From a virus (lineage: Duplodnaviria > Caudoviricetes): a DNA stretch of 59,157 nucleotides. The DNA is taken from positions 1 to 59,157 of the IMG/VR virus record IMGVR_UViG_3300036782_000077. One strand, 5' to 3'. Of this stretch, positions 38,107-47,107 are shown piece after piece. The notes beneath the pieces were generated by a model that saw nothing but the letters and a program-made list of their open reading frames with translations, was not told where the DNA came from and made no database searches. A program made the translations under genes and the position numbers. Position 1 is the stretch's first letter. Every line of letters begins with the position of its first letter.

Positions 38107-39882
38107 GTGAGCTTCCTTGATGACGTCCTCGCCAAGCTCGGCGAGGCCCCGGCCGACCAGCACGCGGACATCGTCCGCCAAGCCGTCACCGATGCCCGCC
38201 CCGACGCCGATGCCGCGGCCATCACTGCGGAAATCCTTCAGCGATTCGACGCGGCGGCGGACGGCGATGACCCGGCCGACGATTCGACTGTGGCTGTGCT
38301 GGAGCGGCTGGCAACCGTCGCCGACGTCGTCATCGAGCACCAGGCCGCCGTTGACGAACGCGCCCAGCGCGCCACCGCGGCCAGCGACCGCCTGCGCAGT
38401 CTCCAGACCCCGGCTGCCGAGGAGCCCGCCACCGCCCCTGAGCCCGAGGCACCGGCCGAGGCACCAGAGCCCACCGCCGAGCGCCCAGCCGCGCCGGAGC
38501 CGGTGGCCGCGTCCGCCCGTCCGCGCGTCCCACTCGGTCTGCACAGCACCACCCCTCCGACCCCGGCGGCTGACGCGGGCGGTCGTACGACCCACACCCT
38601 CGTCGCCGCCGCCGACGTGCCCGGCTACAGCACCGGCCAGCAGCTCGACGGGCTCGGCGACTTCGGCCGGGCGTGGGAGCAGCGGATGATGCCGCTGATC
38701 TCCTCCGGCGGCCGGGGTGGCGGCCGGCAGCGCGTCGGCGTTGCTCGGATTAAGCGCGACATCCCGCAGGAGTTCACCATCCGGGACGACCGCGAGGCCG
38801 ACGAGGTCATCAAGCGCGCGACGGACGAGACTCAGCTCTCTGGCGGCAGCCTCGTCGCGGCCGGCGGCTGGTGCGCCCCGTCGGAGACGCTGTACGACCT
38901 GTGCGACCTACGGATCACGCAGGACGGCATGGTCAACCTCCCTTCCGTCACGGCCAGGCGCGGCGGTGTCCGATACCCGGCCGACTTCGACTGGGCCAGC
39001 ATCTTCGGCGCCTGGGAGAACGTCGGCTTCCACCAGACCGAGGCCGACGCTATCGCGGGCAAGGAAAAGCCTTGCCAGGAAGTTCCCTGTCCGGACGACT
39101 TCATCGAGTGCCGCATGGACGTCGACGGCGTCTGTCTGCGAACTCCGATCCTGACCGAGCGCGGGTGGCCGGAGCGAGTAGCCCAGTTCACGGAGGGCGT
39201 CCTCGCGATCCACGCGCACAAGCTCAACGCGTGGAAGATCAAGAAGATGGAGTCGCTGTCGACTCCGGTCACGATGCCCGAGCCGGGCTCCCCGAACCCG
39301 CAGGCTACGGTCACCGACCCTCACGGGCCCGGCATGGTCGAGTCAGTGCTGTCGATGCTCGAACTCCAGGTGCAGTACCAGCGGTACCGCGAGCGGCTGT
39401 CGCAGAACGCAACGCTGGAGATGATCGCGCCATTCTGGCTGCGCGGCATCCTGAAAAGCGACCTCCGGAAGAAGCAGGCGATCGAGAGGCGCTGGTCGGT
39501 CCCGGACGGCGACATCGACACCTACCTCCGATCGGTCGGCGTCAACCCGCAGTGGGTCTACGACTGGCAGGACGCCTACGCGTCGCAGGATCCGGCGGGC
39601 TTCGGCGGTGCCACGGTCCCGACCGTGTGGCCGGGCGAGGTCAAGGTCCTGCTGTACCGGGCTGGTTCGTTCTTCCAGCTCCAGGCCGACGTGATCAGCC
39701 TCGATGGCGTCTACGACCACGCGAGCCTCACGCAGAACATGTACACGAGCCTCTTCACGGAGGAGGGCATCCAGGTGTGCATGCGCTGCGGCGCCTCCTA
39801 CGTAGTCACCATCCCGCTGTGCCCCAACGGCCTGAGCGGCGGATTCCAGGCAACGACCTGCGCCGCTCCCCCCGCTGGCTGA
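38107..39882 (+). CDS. major capsid (hexamer-type) protein with N-terminal scaffold-like region
   Basis: SLVAAGGWCAPSETLYD, RGGVRY, K.C.EVPCP, LFTEEG motifs. Confidence 0.88.
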   Translation: MSFLDDVLAKLGEAPADQHADIVRQAVTDARPDADAAAITAEILQRFDAAADGDDPADDSTVAVLERLATVADVVIEHQAAVDERAQRATAASDRLRSLQTPAAEEPATAPEPEAPAEAPEPTAERPAAPEPVAASARPRVPLGLHSTTPPTPAADAGGRTTHTLVAAADVPGYSTGQQLDGLGDFGRAWEQRMMPLISSGGRGGGRQRVGVARIKRDIPQEFTIRDDREADEVIKRATDETQLSGGSLVAAGGWCAPSETLYDLCDLRITQDGMVNLPSVTARRGGVRYPADFDWASIFGAWENVGFHQTEADAIAGKEKPCQEVPCPDDFIECRMDVDGVCLRTPILTERGWPERVAQFTEGVLAIHAHKLNAWKIKKMESLSTPVTMPEPGSPNPQATVTDPHGPGMVESVLSMLELQVQYQRYRERLSQNATLEMIAPFWLRGILKSDLRKKQAIERRWSVPDGDIDTYLRSVGVNPQWVYDWQDAYASQDPAGFGGATVPTVWPGEVKVLLYRAGSFFQLQADVISLDGVYDHASLTQNMYTSLFTEEGIQVCMRCGASYVVTIPLCPNGLSGGFQATTCAAPPAG

Positions 39883-39893
39883 CCCCATAGACA

Positions 39894-39962
39894 GGGCGGC
39901 TCGCCCGGCCCCGCTGCATTCGCCCGCCCGGAGCCTCCCCCGAGGCGAGCCGCCCACCTTTT
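39894..39962 (+). terminator. large stem-loop between the two capsid genes
   Basis: GGGCGGCTCGCC (39894-39905) pairs with GGCGAGCCGCCC (39944-39955), followed by ACCTTTT. Confidence 0.55.
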
Positions 39963-39979
39963 GACAGCGCGGAGGCGCC

Positions 39980-40819
39980 ATGACTACCCCAATCCCTCCT
40001 CGCGGGGCGCGATCGGAGGTCGATCCGCCCGCGATCGAGCCGTACGCCTTCGGCCTGCTGTCCGCTGCGCAGGTTGTGACCGGTGATGGTCGGTGGCAGG
40101 CCGGCGGCGTCGAGTATCCGACGGATGCGTGTGCGCAGGGCGGGTACGTCCTCGGCGCGTGCCCGGTGCCCGGGGAGGACGGTACAACCAGCCACGACAA
40201 GCCGATCACCGGTGCTCCGGAGTGGCTGGACGGCTCCGGCCCGTTCACGGTGTACTCCCGCACCGAGTGCTCGTCCGTCGGGTTCACCACGGCGTCCGCG
40301 ACGGCATTGGCCCGGCTGCGGTACGTGGAGCCGCGCGAGGTCGAGCGGGCGTTCTCCGAGCAGGTCCTTGGTGTGAGCGTCCCGCGACTGCCGGTCGGCT
40401 CGGAGCCCGTGCCGCTGCTGGTGGCGCTGGGGGCCCTGGAGCAGGACGCCGCTCTGCACTACGCCGGACAGTCGGTGCTGCATGCTCCTCGGTGGACTCA
40501 GCCGTGGTGGACGCGGGATCGGCTCGTCTCCCAGCAGGGGCCGGTGCTCCGTACGGAGTTGGAGTCCGTCGTCGTGCCTGGCGGCGGGTACTACGACGTG
40601 CCGTCGGCTCCGGCCGATCCGGCCCCAGCGAGCGGGCGCTTCTGGCTGTACGCCACGGGCTCCGTACGGGCGTTCAGGAGCGAGCCGTTCGTCCACGAGG
40701 CGTTCGACCCGCCGACCAACACCCGGATCGCCATCGCGGAGCGGACGTACGCGCTGGATCACGACTGTTACGTGGCCGCCGTCCTGGTGTCCCTGAACGG
40801 TGCCGGGGGTGCCGCCTGA
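39980..40819 (+). CDS. second capsid (pentamer-type / minor) protein
   Basis: P..FGLLSAA, W..G, PF.VY...C, V.PGGGY, AER.Y; follows the hexamer-type gene. Confidence 0.65.
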   Translation: MTTPIPPRGARSEVDPPAIEPYAFGLLSAAQVVTGDGRWQAGGVEYPTDACAQGGYVLGACPVPGEDGTTSHDKPITGAPEWLDGSGPFTVYSRTECSSVGFTTASATALARLRYVEPREVERAFSEQVLGVSVPRLPVGSEPVPLLVALGALEQDAALHYAGQSVLHAPRWTQPWWTRDRLVSQQGPVLRTELESVVVPGGGYYDVPSAPADPAPASGRFWLYATGSVRAFRSEPFVHEAFDPPTNTRIAIAERTYALDHDCYVAAVLVSLNGAGGAA

Positions 40820-41094
40820 TGGCGACCTACTACCCCGAGGCAGAAGAGACGCTGCACGCCCTCGTGCGGCGCATCCTGCCCGGTCTGACCCCCGAGGTGA
40901 GGGCTCGGGTGCGGGTGGTGACGGGCGGTGAGCGTGCTGGGCTGGTGGTCCCCGGGCACGCCACCCCCGTCGCCGTGACGCCCGCCGTTCGACCGCCCCG
41001 CAGCGAACCGCCGGCCCCCGCGCCGGAACCCGACGAACCTCAGCTCGCCGCTCGCCGCCCGCGGCGTCGCACCACCACGAAGGAGACGACCTGA
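40819..41094 (+). CDS. hypothetical protein
   Basis: TGATG coupling at both ends. Confidence 0.6.
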   Translation: MATYYPEAEETLHALVRRILPGLTPEVRARVRVVTGGERAGLVVPGHATPVAVTPAVRPPRSEPPAPAPEPDEPQLAARRPRRRTTTKETT

Positions 41095-42497
41095 TGGCCT
41101 GCCCCTCCCTACTGCGCGGCGTGGTGCTGCGCGCGACCCGACTGGACGCCTGTGGGCGGCCGATGTACGGCGACTGCAACCAGGTCGTCAGCGACGGTTT
41201 CGTCACCGTAAAAATGAGCGCGGAGACCGAGAAGGGCGAGGACATCTCGGTCACCAAGGCAAACGGGCAGACGTGCGTCGCTGAGTCCGGCTGCGAGCAA
41301 CTGAGCCACTACACGACCGAGATCGAGTTCTGCGAGGTCGACCCCGACCTCGTGCAGATCATGAACCCCAGCTTCGAGATCTACCGTGACCCCGACGGGA
41401 ATCCGATCGGCTGGGACGACTCAGTCGAGCTGCGCTGTGACACCGGCTACGCGCTGGAGGTCTGGAGCAACGTCTATGCCGGAGCGTCCGACGCGTGCTC
41501 CGGGGCCGGGTCGCAGGGGCAGTGGGGGTATCTGCTGCTGCCGTGGGTGGTCGGCGGCGCGCCGGGTGACCTGGAGATCGGCAACGACGCCGTGAGCTTC
41601 ACCTTCAACGGGCGCACCAAGGTGGGGAGCGGCTGGCGGAAGGGCCCGTACAACGTCCAGGCCGGGCCAGGCGGCATCCCGGCGCCGATGCTCAAGCCGA
41701 TCGGGCCGAAGACCCCGCGCAGGTTCTTCGTGACAACGATCCGGCCGCCAGAGGCGGAGTGCGGCTGCCAGCCGGTGGACCGGCCGACGCCGGACCCGGC
41801 GGACCTGTACATCACAGGCATCGCCAACGAGTCGCCTCGCAGGACCACGCGCTTCCGGGCGGACAACCACGGATTCGGTCCCGTCACGGTCGACTTCGGC
41901 GACAGCTCGCAGCCGCAGGAGGTCGCCGACGGTGCGTGGGTCACCCACGTCTACACCGGCGACGGCGAGCACACGATCAAGGCGTGCGACAAGGGGACAC
42001 CGGTCATCTGCGCCGAGCGGCCGGTGATGATCCCGCTGCCGGCCGACGAGCCGATCCTTGAGCTGGCGACGAAGAACCCGGCTAGCCCCTACGAGGTGAC
42101 GGCCGTCGTTGGCCTGCCGTCGCAGTCCGACGGCACCGCCACGATCGACTGGGGCGACGGAACGGCTCTGGAGCAGATCACCGTCGGCGCGGACGGCACG
42201 GTGTCCGTCCTCCACGTCTACAGCGTCCCGTCCGTCTACACGGTGATGGTGCGCCGCGGCGACATCGACACGTACCGCACCCGTGAGGCCATCCTCGTGC
42301 CCGGCCAGGGCGAGGGCGGTACACCGCCGCAGGTAGCCGCCGCTCCGGACCCGTCGGACGCTTCCGGCCGTACGGCGCTCCTGCACATCGACAACGCGGC
42401 CATGCCCGCTGACGCCCCTGAGGCGACTGCCGCCCCGGACCCGGCTGACCCGTCCGGCAAGACGGTGCAACTCGCTGTCGACAACACCACGGACTGA
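41094..42497 (+). CDS. major tail protein with C-terminal PKD-like domains
   Basis: RG...RATRLDACG, V..ANG..C, FC.VDP, W.KGPYNV; VDFGD and IDWGDG PKD motifs. Confidence 0.8.
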   Translation: MACPSLLRGVVLRATRLDACGRPMYGDCNQVVSDGFVTVKMSAETEKGEDISVTKANGQTCVAESGCEQLSHYTTEIEFCEVDPDLVQIMNPSFEIYRDPDGNPIGWDDSVELRCDTGYALEVWSNVYAGASDACSGAGSQGQWGYLLLPWVVGGAPGDLEIGNDAVSFTFNGRTKVGSGWRKGPYNVQAGPGGIPAPMLKPIGPKTPRRFFVTTIRPPEAECGCQPVDRPTPDPADLYITGIANESPRRTTRFRADNHGFGPVTVDFGDSSQPQEVADGAWVTHVYTGDGEHTIKACDKGTPVICAERPVMIPLPADEPILELATKNPASPYEVTAVVGLPSQSDGTATIDWGDGTALEQITVGADGTVSVLHVYSVPSVYTVMVRRGDIDTYRTREAILVPGQGEGGTPPQVAAAPDPSDASGRTALLHIDNAAMPADAPEATAAPDPADPSGKTVQLAVDNTTD

Positions 42498-42506
42498 GAG
42501 AGGACC

Positions 42507-43772
42507 ATGACCATGGCAGGACCCACCACGATCGACTGGGGCGACGGCTCGGCGCCGGAGGACGGGCCCGAGAAGGGCGATGTGTCCCACAAGTACACGA
42601 GCGACGGTCCGAAGACGATCGTCGTCACGGACACCGCTGACCCGAGCAAGAAGACCGAGATCGAGGTCACGATCCCCCTCGGCGGGACCCCGAAGGCTAC
42701 TGCGGTAGCCGACCCGGCCGACGCCGCCGGTCGAACGGCGAAGGTGACGTGGTCGGGGTTCCCGGCCGGTACCGTCTCGGTCGGCTGGGGCGATGGCACC
42801 CCGCCGCAGACTGGCCAGCCCGCGGCGGGGACGCTTTCTCATGCCTATGCGGCTGAGGTCGCGGACGAGCAGACCATCACCGTCACCAGCGAGGCCAACG
42901 GTACGAAGAAGGCCACCGCGGTGTTCACGCCGGCCGATCCGGTCCCGGATCCGAGCGTGACTGTGGAGGCGGACCCCGGCGACGCGACTGGGCGAACAGC
43001 GGCCATCACCCTGGCCAACTTCCCCGCTGACAGCGCGGTCTCCGTGAACTGGGGCGACAGCTCCGCAGCGGAGACTGTCCCGGCCGGGACGACGGCCGCG
43101 AAGCATGCCTACGCGGCGGGAGTTGAAGGCGAGCAGACCATCACCGCCACCTCGGCGACGGACGCCTCGCAGGCTGCGACCGCGAAGTTCACGCCGACGC
43201 CGGGCGCGCCTGCTCCGGAGCCGTCCCTCACCGCCACCGCGGACGAGGGCGACGCTGCTGGCCGCACGGTCGCCATTACGCTCGCCGGCTTCCCTGCCGA
43301 CGGCGCGGTGAACGTCGCTTGGGGCGACGGCTCCGCGGCCGAGGAGGTCCCCGCGGGGACGGCCACGGCCAGCCACGCGTACGTGGCTGGTGTGGAGGGT
43401 GAGCAGACGATCACGGCGACATCGGCGACAGACGAGACCAAGAAGGCAACGGCGAAGTTCACCCCGAAGCCGGCCGCTGAGCCGTCGGTGACTGCCGAGC
43501 CTGACGCCTCCGACACAACCGGGCACACCGCCACGATCGCGCTGGCCGGGTTCCCGGCCGACTCGGCGGTGTCGGTGAACTGGGGCGACGGTACGGCCGC
43601 CGAGGAGATCGCGGCGGGGACGACCACCGGCAAGCACGCGTACGCCGCCGAGGTGACCACGGAGCAGACCATCACCGCGGCCTCGGCGGGGGACGCGGCG
43701 AAGACCGCCAGCGCAAAGTTCACCCCGGGCGCCGCCGCGGCACCGGCCACGGTGGCGCGCAAGAAGAAGTAG
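42507..43772 (+). CDS. PKD/Ig-like repeat protein (five WGD repeats, first truncated)
   Basis: Tandem repeats of about 85 aa: P.VT..D..D..GRT...FP...V.WGD...H.Y....TIT. Confidence 0.8.
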   Translation: MTMAGPTTIDWGDGSAPEDGPEKGDVSHKYTSDGPKTIVVTDTADPSKKTEIEVTIPLGGTPKATAVADPADAAGRTAKVTWSGFPAGTVSVGWGDGTPPQTGQPAAGTLSHAYAAEVADEQTITVTSEANGTKKATAVFTPADPVPDPSVTVEADPGDATGRTAAITLANFPADSAVSVNWGDSSAAETVPAGTTAAKHAYAAGVEGEQTITATSATDASQAATAKFTPTPGAPAPEPSLTATADEGDAAGRTVAITLAGFPADGAVNVAWGDGSAAEEVPAGTATASHAYVAGVEGEQTITATSATDETKKATAKFTPKPAAEPSVTAEPDASDTTGHTATIALAGFPADSAVSVNWGDGTAAEEIAAGTTTGKHAYAAEVTTEQTITAASAGDAAKTASAKFTPGAAAAPATVARKKK

Positions 43773-43785
43773 CGGGCCGCAGACC

Positions 43786-43821
43786 GGGGGCCGCCGCGGC
43801 TGGGCGGCCCCCTATCTTCTT
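43786..43821 (+). terminator. intrinsic terminator-like hairpin inside the structural operon
   Basis: GGGGGCCGCC-N7-GGCGGCCCCC-TATCTTCTT. Confidence 0.6.
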
Positions 43822-43830
43822 GGAGGTGTC

Positions 43831-44664
43831 GTGCCGGACGAGGTGCTGGACGGGCCGTGCGGCCCGTGGCCGCTCGATGCGTCGTGCTGCCCCGGGTGGC
43901 CAGAGGACCCAGCCGAGTGGTCCCCGGGGCAGCGGGCAGCGGCGGAGATCGCGACGGACGTGCTGTGGCGGCTGACGGCCGGGCAGTACGGGCCGTGCGA
44001 GGAGGTGATCCGGCCGTGCCGACAGGGGTGTGACGAGTCGTCGCCGACGGCTGGCACGGGGTCTCCTCTCCGGCCAGTGCTCGACGGCGGGCGCTGGTAC
44101 AACCGCCCGTGCGGCTGCGGCCCTGCGGGTTGCTCGTGCGTGCCGCTGTGCGTAATCGACCTGCCGGGCCCGGTGCACGAGGTCCTGGAGGTGAAGCAGG
44201 ACGGACAGGTCGTGGACGCGTCCGGATACGTCCTGCACCGGACGTCGTCCGGCGGCCGTCTCATCCGGACAGATGGGGAGTGCTGGCCCGACTGCCAGCG
44301 GCTGGACCGTCCGGACAGCGAGCCGGACACCCTGTCCGTCCGGTATCTCCGCGGCCTGGACGTGCCCGCCGCCGGCCGCCGCGCCGCCGGGCAACTCGCC
44401 TGCGAGATCGACAAGCTGTGCACCGGCGCGCCGGGCGGCTGCGCCCTGCCGACGGGCACGAAGAGCGTGACCCGCGAGGGAGTGACGTACGAGGTCGTGC
44501 CGCCCGGGTCGTGGCCGGAGACGCTGGAGGCGCACCTCCCGCAGGCGTGGGCGTGGGTGCAGCTCGTCAACCCGGCCCGCGTCCGGCAGTTCGGCGCTGT
44601 CTTCAGCCTCGACCTGCCGCCCGCGCCGCCCGCGGTTCGCTACCGGCCGGGGGTGGCGCCGTGA
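43831..44664 (+). CDS. head-to-tail adaptor
   Basis: AT.VLW.LT..QYG.C...RP, WP.CQ, LACEI.K.C, C.LP, VTREGV. Confidence 0.7.
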   Translation: MPDEVLDGPCGPWPLDASCCPGWPEDPAEWSPGQRAAAEIATDVLWRLTAGQYGPCEEVIRPCRQGCDESSPTAGTGSPLRPVLDGGRWYNRPCGCGPAGCSCVPLCVIDLPGPVHEVLEVKQDGQVVDASGYVLHRTSSGGRLIRTDGECWPDCQRLDRPDSEPDTLSVRYLRGLDVPAAGRRAAGQLACEIDKLCTGAPGGCALPTGTKSVTREGVTYEVVPPGSWPETLEAHLPQAWAWVQLVNPARVRQFGAVFSLDLPPAPPAVRYRPGVAP

Positions 44665-45185
44665 CGACGCCGCCGGATGTGCTGCTGCCGCCGGAGGCGA
44701 ATCCGCGCCTCGGGCCGGTGCTCTCCGGGCTGACGGCCTGTCTGTGTGCCGTATTGGCCGACGGCGGCCGACCTGCCTGCGCCTGCTGCCTGGTTTGGGG
44801 TAGCTCGCCGCCGGCGCAGGACTTCTGCGCGTGCGACTGCGACGGCGGTCATGGCCAGGCGTGGGTGCGGGTCGTCAGGCAGGAGCCGGTGGCGGTGGAT
44901 CAGCAGCGCCGCCGCCGCTGCCAGACGTGGCGGATGCAGACGACGATCGAGCTGGGCGTGGCCCGGTGCGTCGCTGTGGTGGCGTCGGATGGGCAGTCTG
45001 CTCCGACGTGCGAGCAGCGCGAGGCGGATGCCTGGGGGCTGGTGCTCGACCAGCGACTGCTGCTGGAGGCGGCGGCGTGCTGCGACGCGCTGTCGGAAGT
45101 ACAGGTGTGGCCAGGGCCGGTGACTCCGATGGGGCCGCAGGGCGGGTGTGCGGGTGTGACGGTGCAGATCACGGTGGAGGTGTAG
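44661..45185 (+). CDS. Cys-rich tail completion/terminator-like protein
   Basis: GQAWVR, ELGVARC, P.GPQGGCAG; position in the tail operon. Confidence 0.6.
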   Translation: MTTPPDVLLPPEANPRLGPVLSGLTACLCAVLADGGRPACACCLVWGSSPPAQDFCACDCDGGHGQAWVRVVRQEPVAVDQQRRRRCQTWRMQTTIELGVARCVAVVASDGQSAPTCEQREADAWGLVLDQRLLLEAAACCDALSEVQVWPGPVTPMGPQGGCAGVTVQITVEV

Positions 45186-45187
45186 CG

Positions 45188-45316
45188 GTGGCAGGGACGA
45201 CGGCGATCGTGTGTGTGCTGCTGGGAGTCGCGGTGGTGGCGCTCGTGGCGGTGGTGTCTCGGGCCCGGGTGGAGATGGCCCGGATCCAGGCGCAGGTGGA
45301 AAGGCGGAAGCGGTGA
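45188..45316 (+). CDS. small TM protein
   Basis: AIVCVLLGVAVVALVAVV; GTGA overlap with next gene. Confidence 0.5.
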   Translation: MAGTTAIVCVLLGVAVVALVAVVSRARVEMARIQAQVERRKR

Positions 45317-45726
45317 GCGTCCGCGTCACGACGGATCTGGACGAGGCCGCGCTGGCACGGGTGCTCGCGGAGGTCGTGGACGACGTGACCACGGAGGTGG
45401 CCAACGCCGCGCGCCGCCGATGTCCTGTGGACAACGGCCCGCTGCGGGCGTCGATCCGATCGGAGACCCGGCAGCGTGGCTCCGAGGTGGTCGGCGAGGT
45501 CTGGTCGGCCCTGGAGTACGCGGCGTACGTCCATGAGGGCACCGGCATCTACGGGCCGACCGGCCGCCCGATCCGCCCGGTGCGGGCCCGGGTGCTGTCC
45601 TGGCAACCTCGCGGCGGCGGGCGCGTGTTCGCGCGGGAGGTACGAGGGCAGCGTCCCCAGCCGTTCCTCGGGGACGCGCTCGCCGAGGTATCGCCGTGGC
45701 TGGTCGACCGGACCGTCCGGTATTGA
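45313..45726 (+). CDS. HK97 gp10-like protein
   Basis: ARRRCPVDNG.LR.SI, YAAYVHEGT, PQPFL. Confidence 0.85.
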   Translation: MSVRVTTDLDEAALARVLAEVVDDVTTEVANAARRRCPVDNGPLRASIRSETRQRGSEVVGEVWSALEYAAYVHEGTGIYGPTGRPIRPVRARVLSWQPRGGGRVFAREVRGQRPQPFLGDALAEVSPWLVDRTVRY

Positions 45727-45767
45727 CCCTTACGGTGCCAGGACGACTACCGACGGAAGGACCCTTC

Positions 45768-46190
45768 ATGGCCACCGAGTTCGTCATCGACGGCGACGCC
45801 GGGCACGACCCCGATGCCCTCCCGGCCGTCGCTGTCCGCATCGACGGCGCGGTCTACGAGGCCCACTGCCCGAAGGACTCGGTCGGGCTGCTGTTCGCTG
45901 ACCTCGCGGAGCGTGCCGAGGATCCGGCGGAGCAGCGGCGGATCGTGGAGCAGATGCTCCGCATGGTTCTCGCGCCCGGTGACGCCGTGACGGTGATGGA
46001 CAAGGTGCTCGACATGGGCAACCGCCGGGTGGGGATCGGGTACGTCACCGACCTCGTGCAGAAGATCGCGACGCACTACGAGCCGCTGTTGCGGGCCCAG
46101 CGGGAGGAGATGGGGCTCGCGGAGCCGTCAAACCGCCCGCAGCGCCGGGCCGCGGCGAAGATGACCACGGCGAAGAAGCCGCGGGCGTGA
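45768..46190 (+). CDS. tail assembly chaperone (putative)
   Basis: Position before tape measure; NR.QRRA motif. Confidence 0.6.
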   Translation: MATEFVIDGDAGHDPDALPAVAVRIDGAVYEAHCPKDSVGLLFADLAERAEDPAEQRRIVEQMLRMVLAPGDAVTVMDKVLDMGNRRVGIGYVTDLVQKIATHYEPLLRAQREEMGLAEPSNRPQRRAAAKMTTAKKPRA

Positions 46191-46750
46191 GGTTCGGCCC
46201 CGCCGCGCCGGGGCCGCTACCTGTCCTGGTCGACGGCCGCTCCTACGCGTTCGTCGTCCCCGACGGCCGCACCCTCGCCGGCATCGCGGCGGCCGGCCAG
46301 TGGCCGAAGCTTGTCCCTGGCCTCTTCTCCGATGTCGACCGTGCAGAGGTTGAGGCACGACTCCGCGCCCCTGACGACCGGCTCGGCCTGTATGCGTGCT
46401 GGCGCATCGTGCTCGGCCTGGCGCCGGAGGTGTACGGGGTGGAGTGGTGGGCCGCTCAGCGGCTGTGTGCGCTGGCTCAGGAGCGGTGGAGGGACTGGTC
46501 CGCGTGGTGCGTCCGCCGCAGCCTCGACATCGACGCGGCGTCCGGGCATCGGATCGTGTCGTCGGTGTGGGCGTGGGTCACCGACAGCATTCAGGAAGAG
46601 ACGGACCTCGTCCGCGCCGAGCGGGAGATCTTCGATCCGCCACTGGAGCTGCGCCGCACCCGCGCCGCGGTCCCCCGCGGGTTCTCCGAAGCAGAGCTGG
46701 CGGAGCAGGCTCGGCAGCTCGCCGCGTACGCCGATGCCCCTCTCCAGTAG
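46187..46750 (+). CDS. second tail assembly chaperone-like protein
   Basis: GTGA overlap; G..WW.A.RL motif. Confidence 0.55.
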   Translation: MRFGPAAPGPLPVLVDGRSYAFVVPDGRTLAGIAAAGQWPKLVPGLFSDVDRAEVEARLRAPDDRLGLYACWRIVLGLAPEVYGVEWWAAQRLCALAQERWRDWSAWCVRRSLDIDAASGHRIVSSVWAWVTDSIQEETDLVRAEREIFDPPLELRRTRAAVPRGFSEAELAEQARQLAAYADAPLQ

Positions 46751-46802
46751 GTGTTGTCCCAAAGGCGCCGGTAGCCACCTCCGCGGCCGCTACGGTCACC
46801 GC

Positions 46803-47075
46803 ATGGGTTGCGAGCACGTCACCCCGCGCGTCTACGGCTGCTACCCCGACGACCCGCAACCCGGGCCGGAGCCCGGCCACGTATACCGGGAGTTGCTCGG
46901 TGGCCCGCTCGACGGGCTGCTCCTGGACGTGACGGGGTTGACGAACGGGGAAATCACCGAAGGCGCCTACCTGATCGTCGAGACCGGAGCGCACGGGCCC
47001 GGCGGCCGGGCCGCGTACGGGCCGCGCGATGGCGATCCGGTGGCGCCGTGGGTCTGGGAGGGTGACATCCCCTGA
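46803..47075 (+). CDS. small hypothetical protein inserted in the tail operon
   Basis: TACGGT-N6-ATG; Y.ELLGGPLDGLLLDV...W.WEGD. Confidence 0.6.
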   Translation: MGCEHVTPRVYGCYPDDPQPGPEPGHVYRELLGGPLDGLLLDVTGLTNGEITEGAYLIVETGAHGPGGRAAYGPRDGDPVAPWVWEGDIP

Positions 47076-47107
47076 CCCTGAGGGCATGACGGCGACCGGG
47101 CGACCTC

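Noticed and set aside
41421-43637. Long antisense ORFs (738 aa here; also 53571-55103, 48323-49723, 2616-3971)
   Set aside because: Shadow frames of high-GC genes; Arg/Gly-rich and lacking recognisable motifs
42690-43772. Diversity-generating retroelement template/variable repeats
   Set aside because: Repeats are in-frame domain duplications without adenine-specific variation, and no reverse transcriptase is present
43831-45185. Cys-rich proteins as a RiPP or metallothionein system
   Set aside because: Position and motifs fit head-tail joining proteins; no modifying enzymes nearby
45768-46750. Programmed frameshift between tail chaperone genes
   Set aside because: No XXXYYYZ slippery heptamer noticed; the ORFs simply overlap by GTGA
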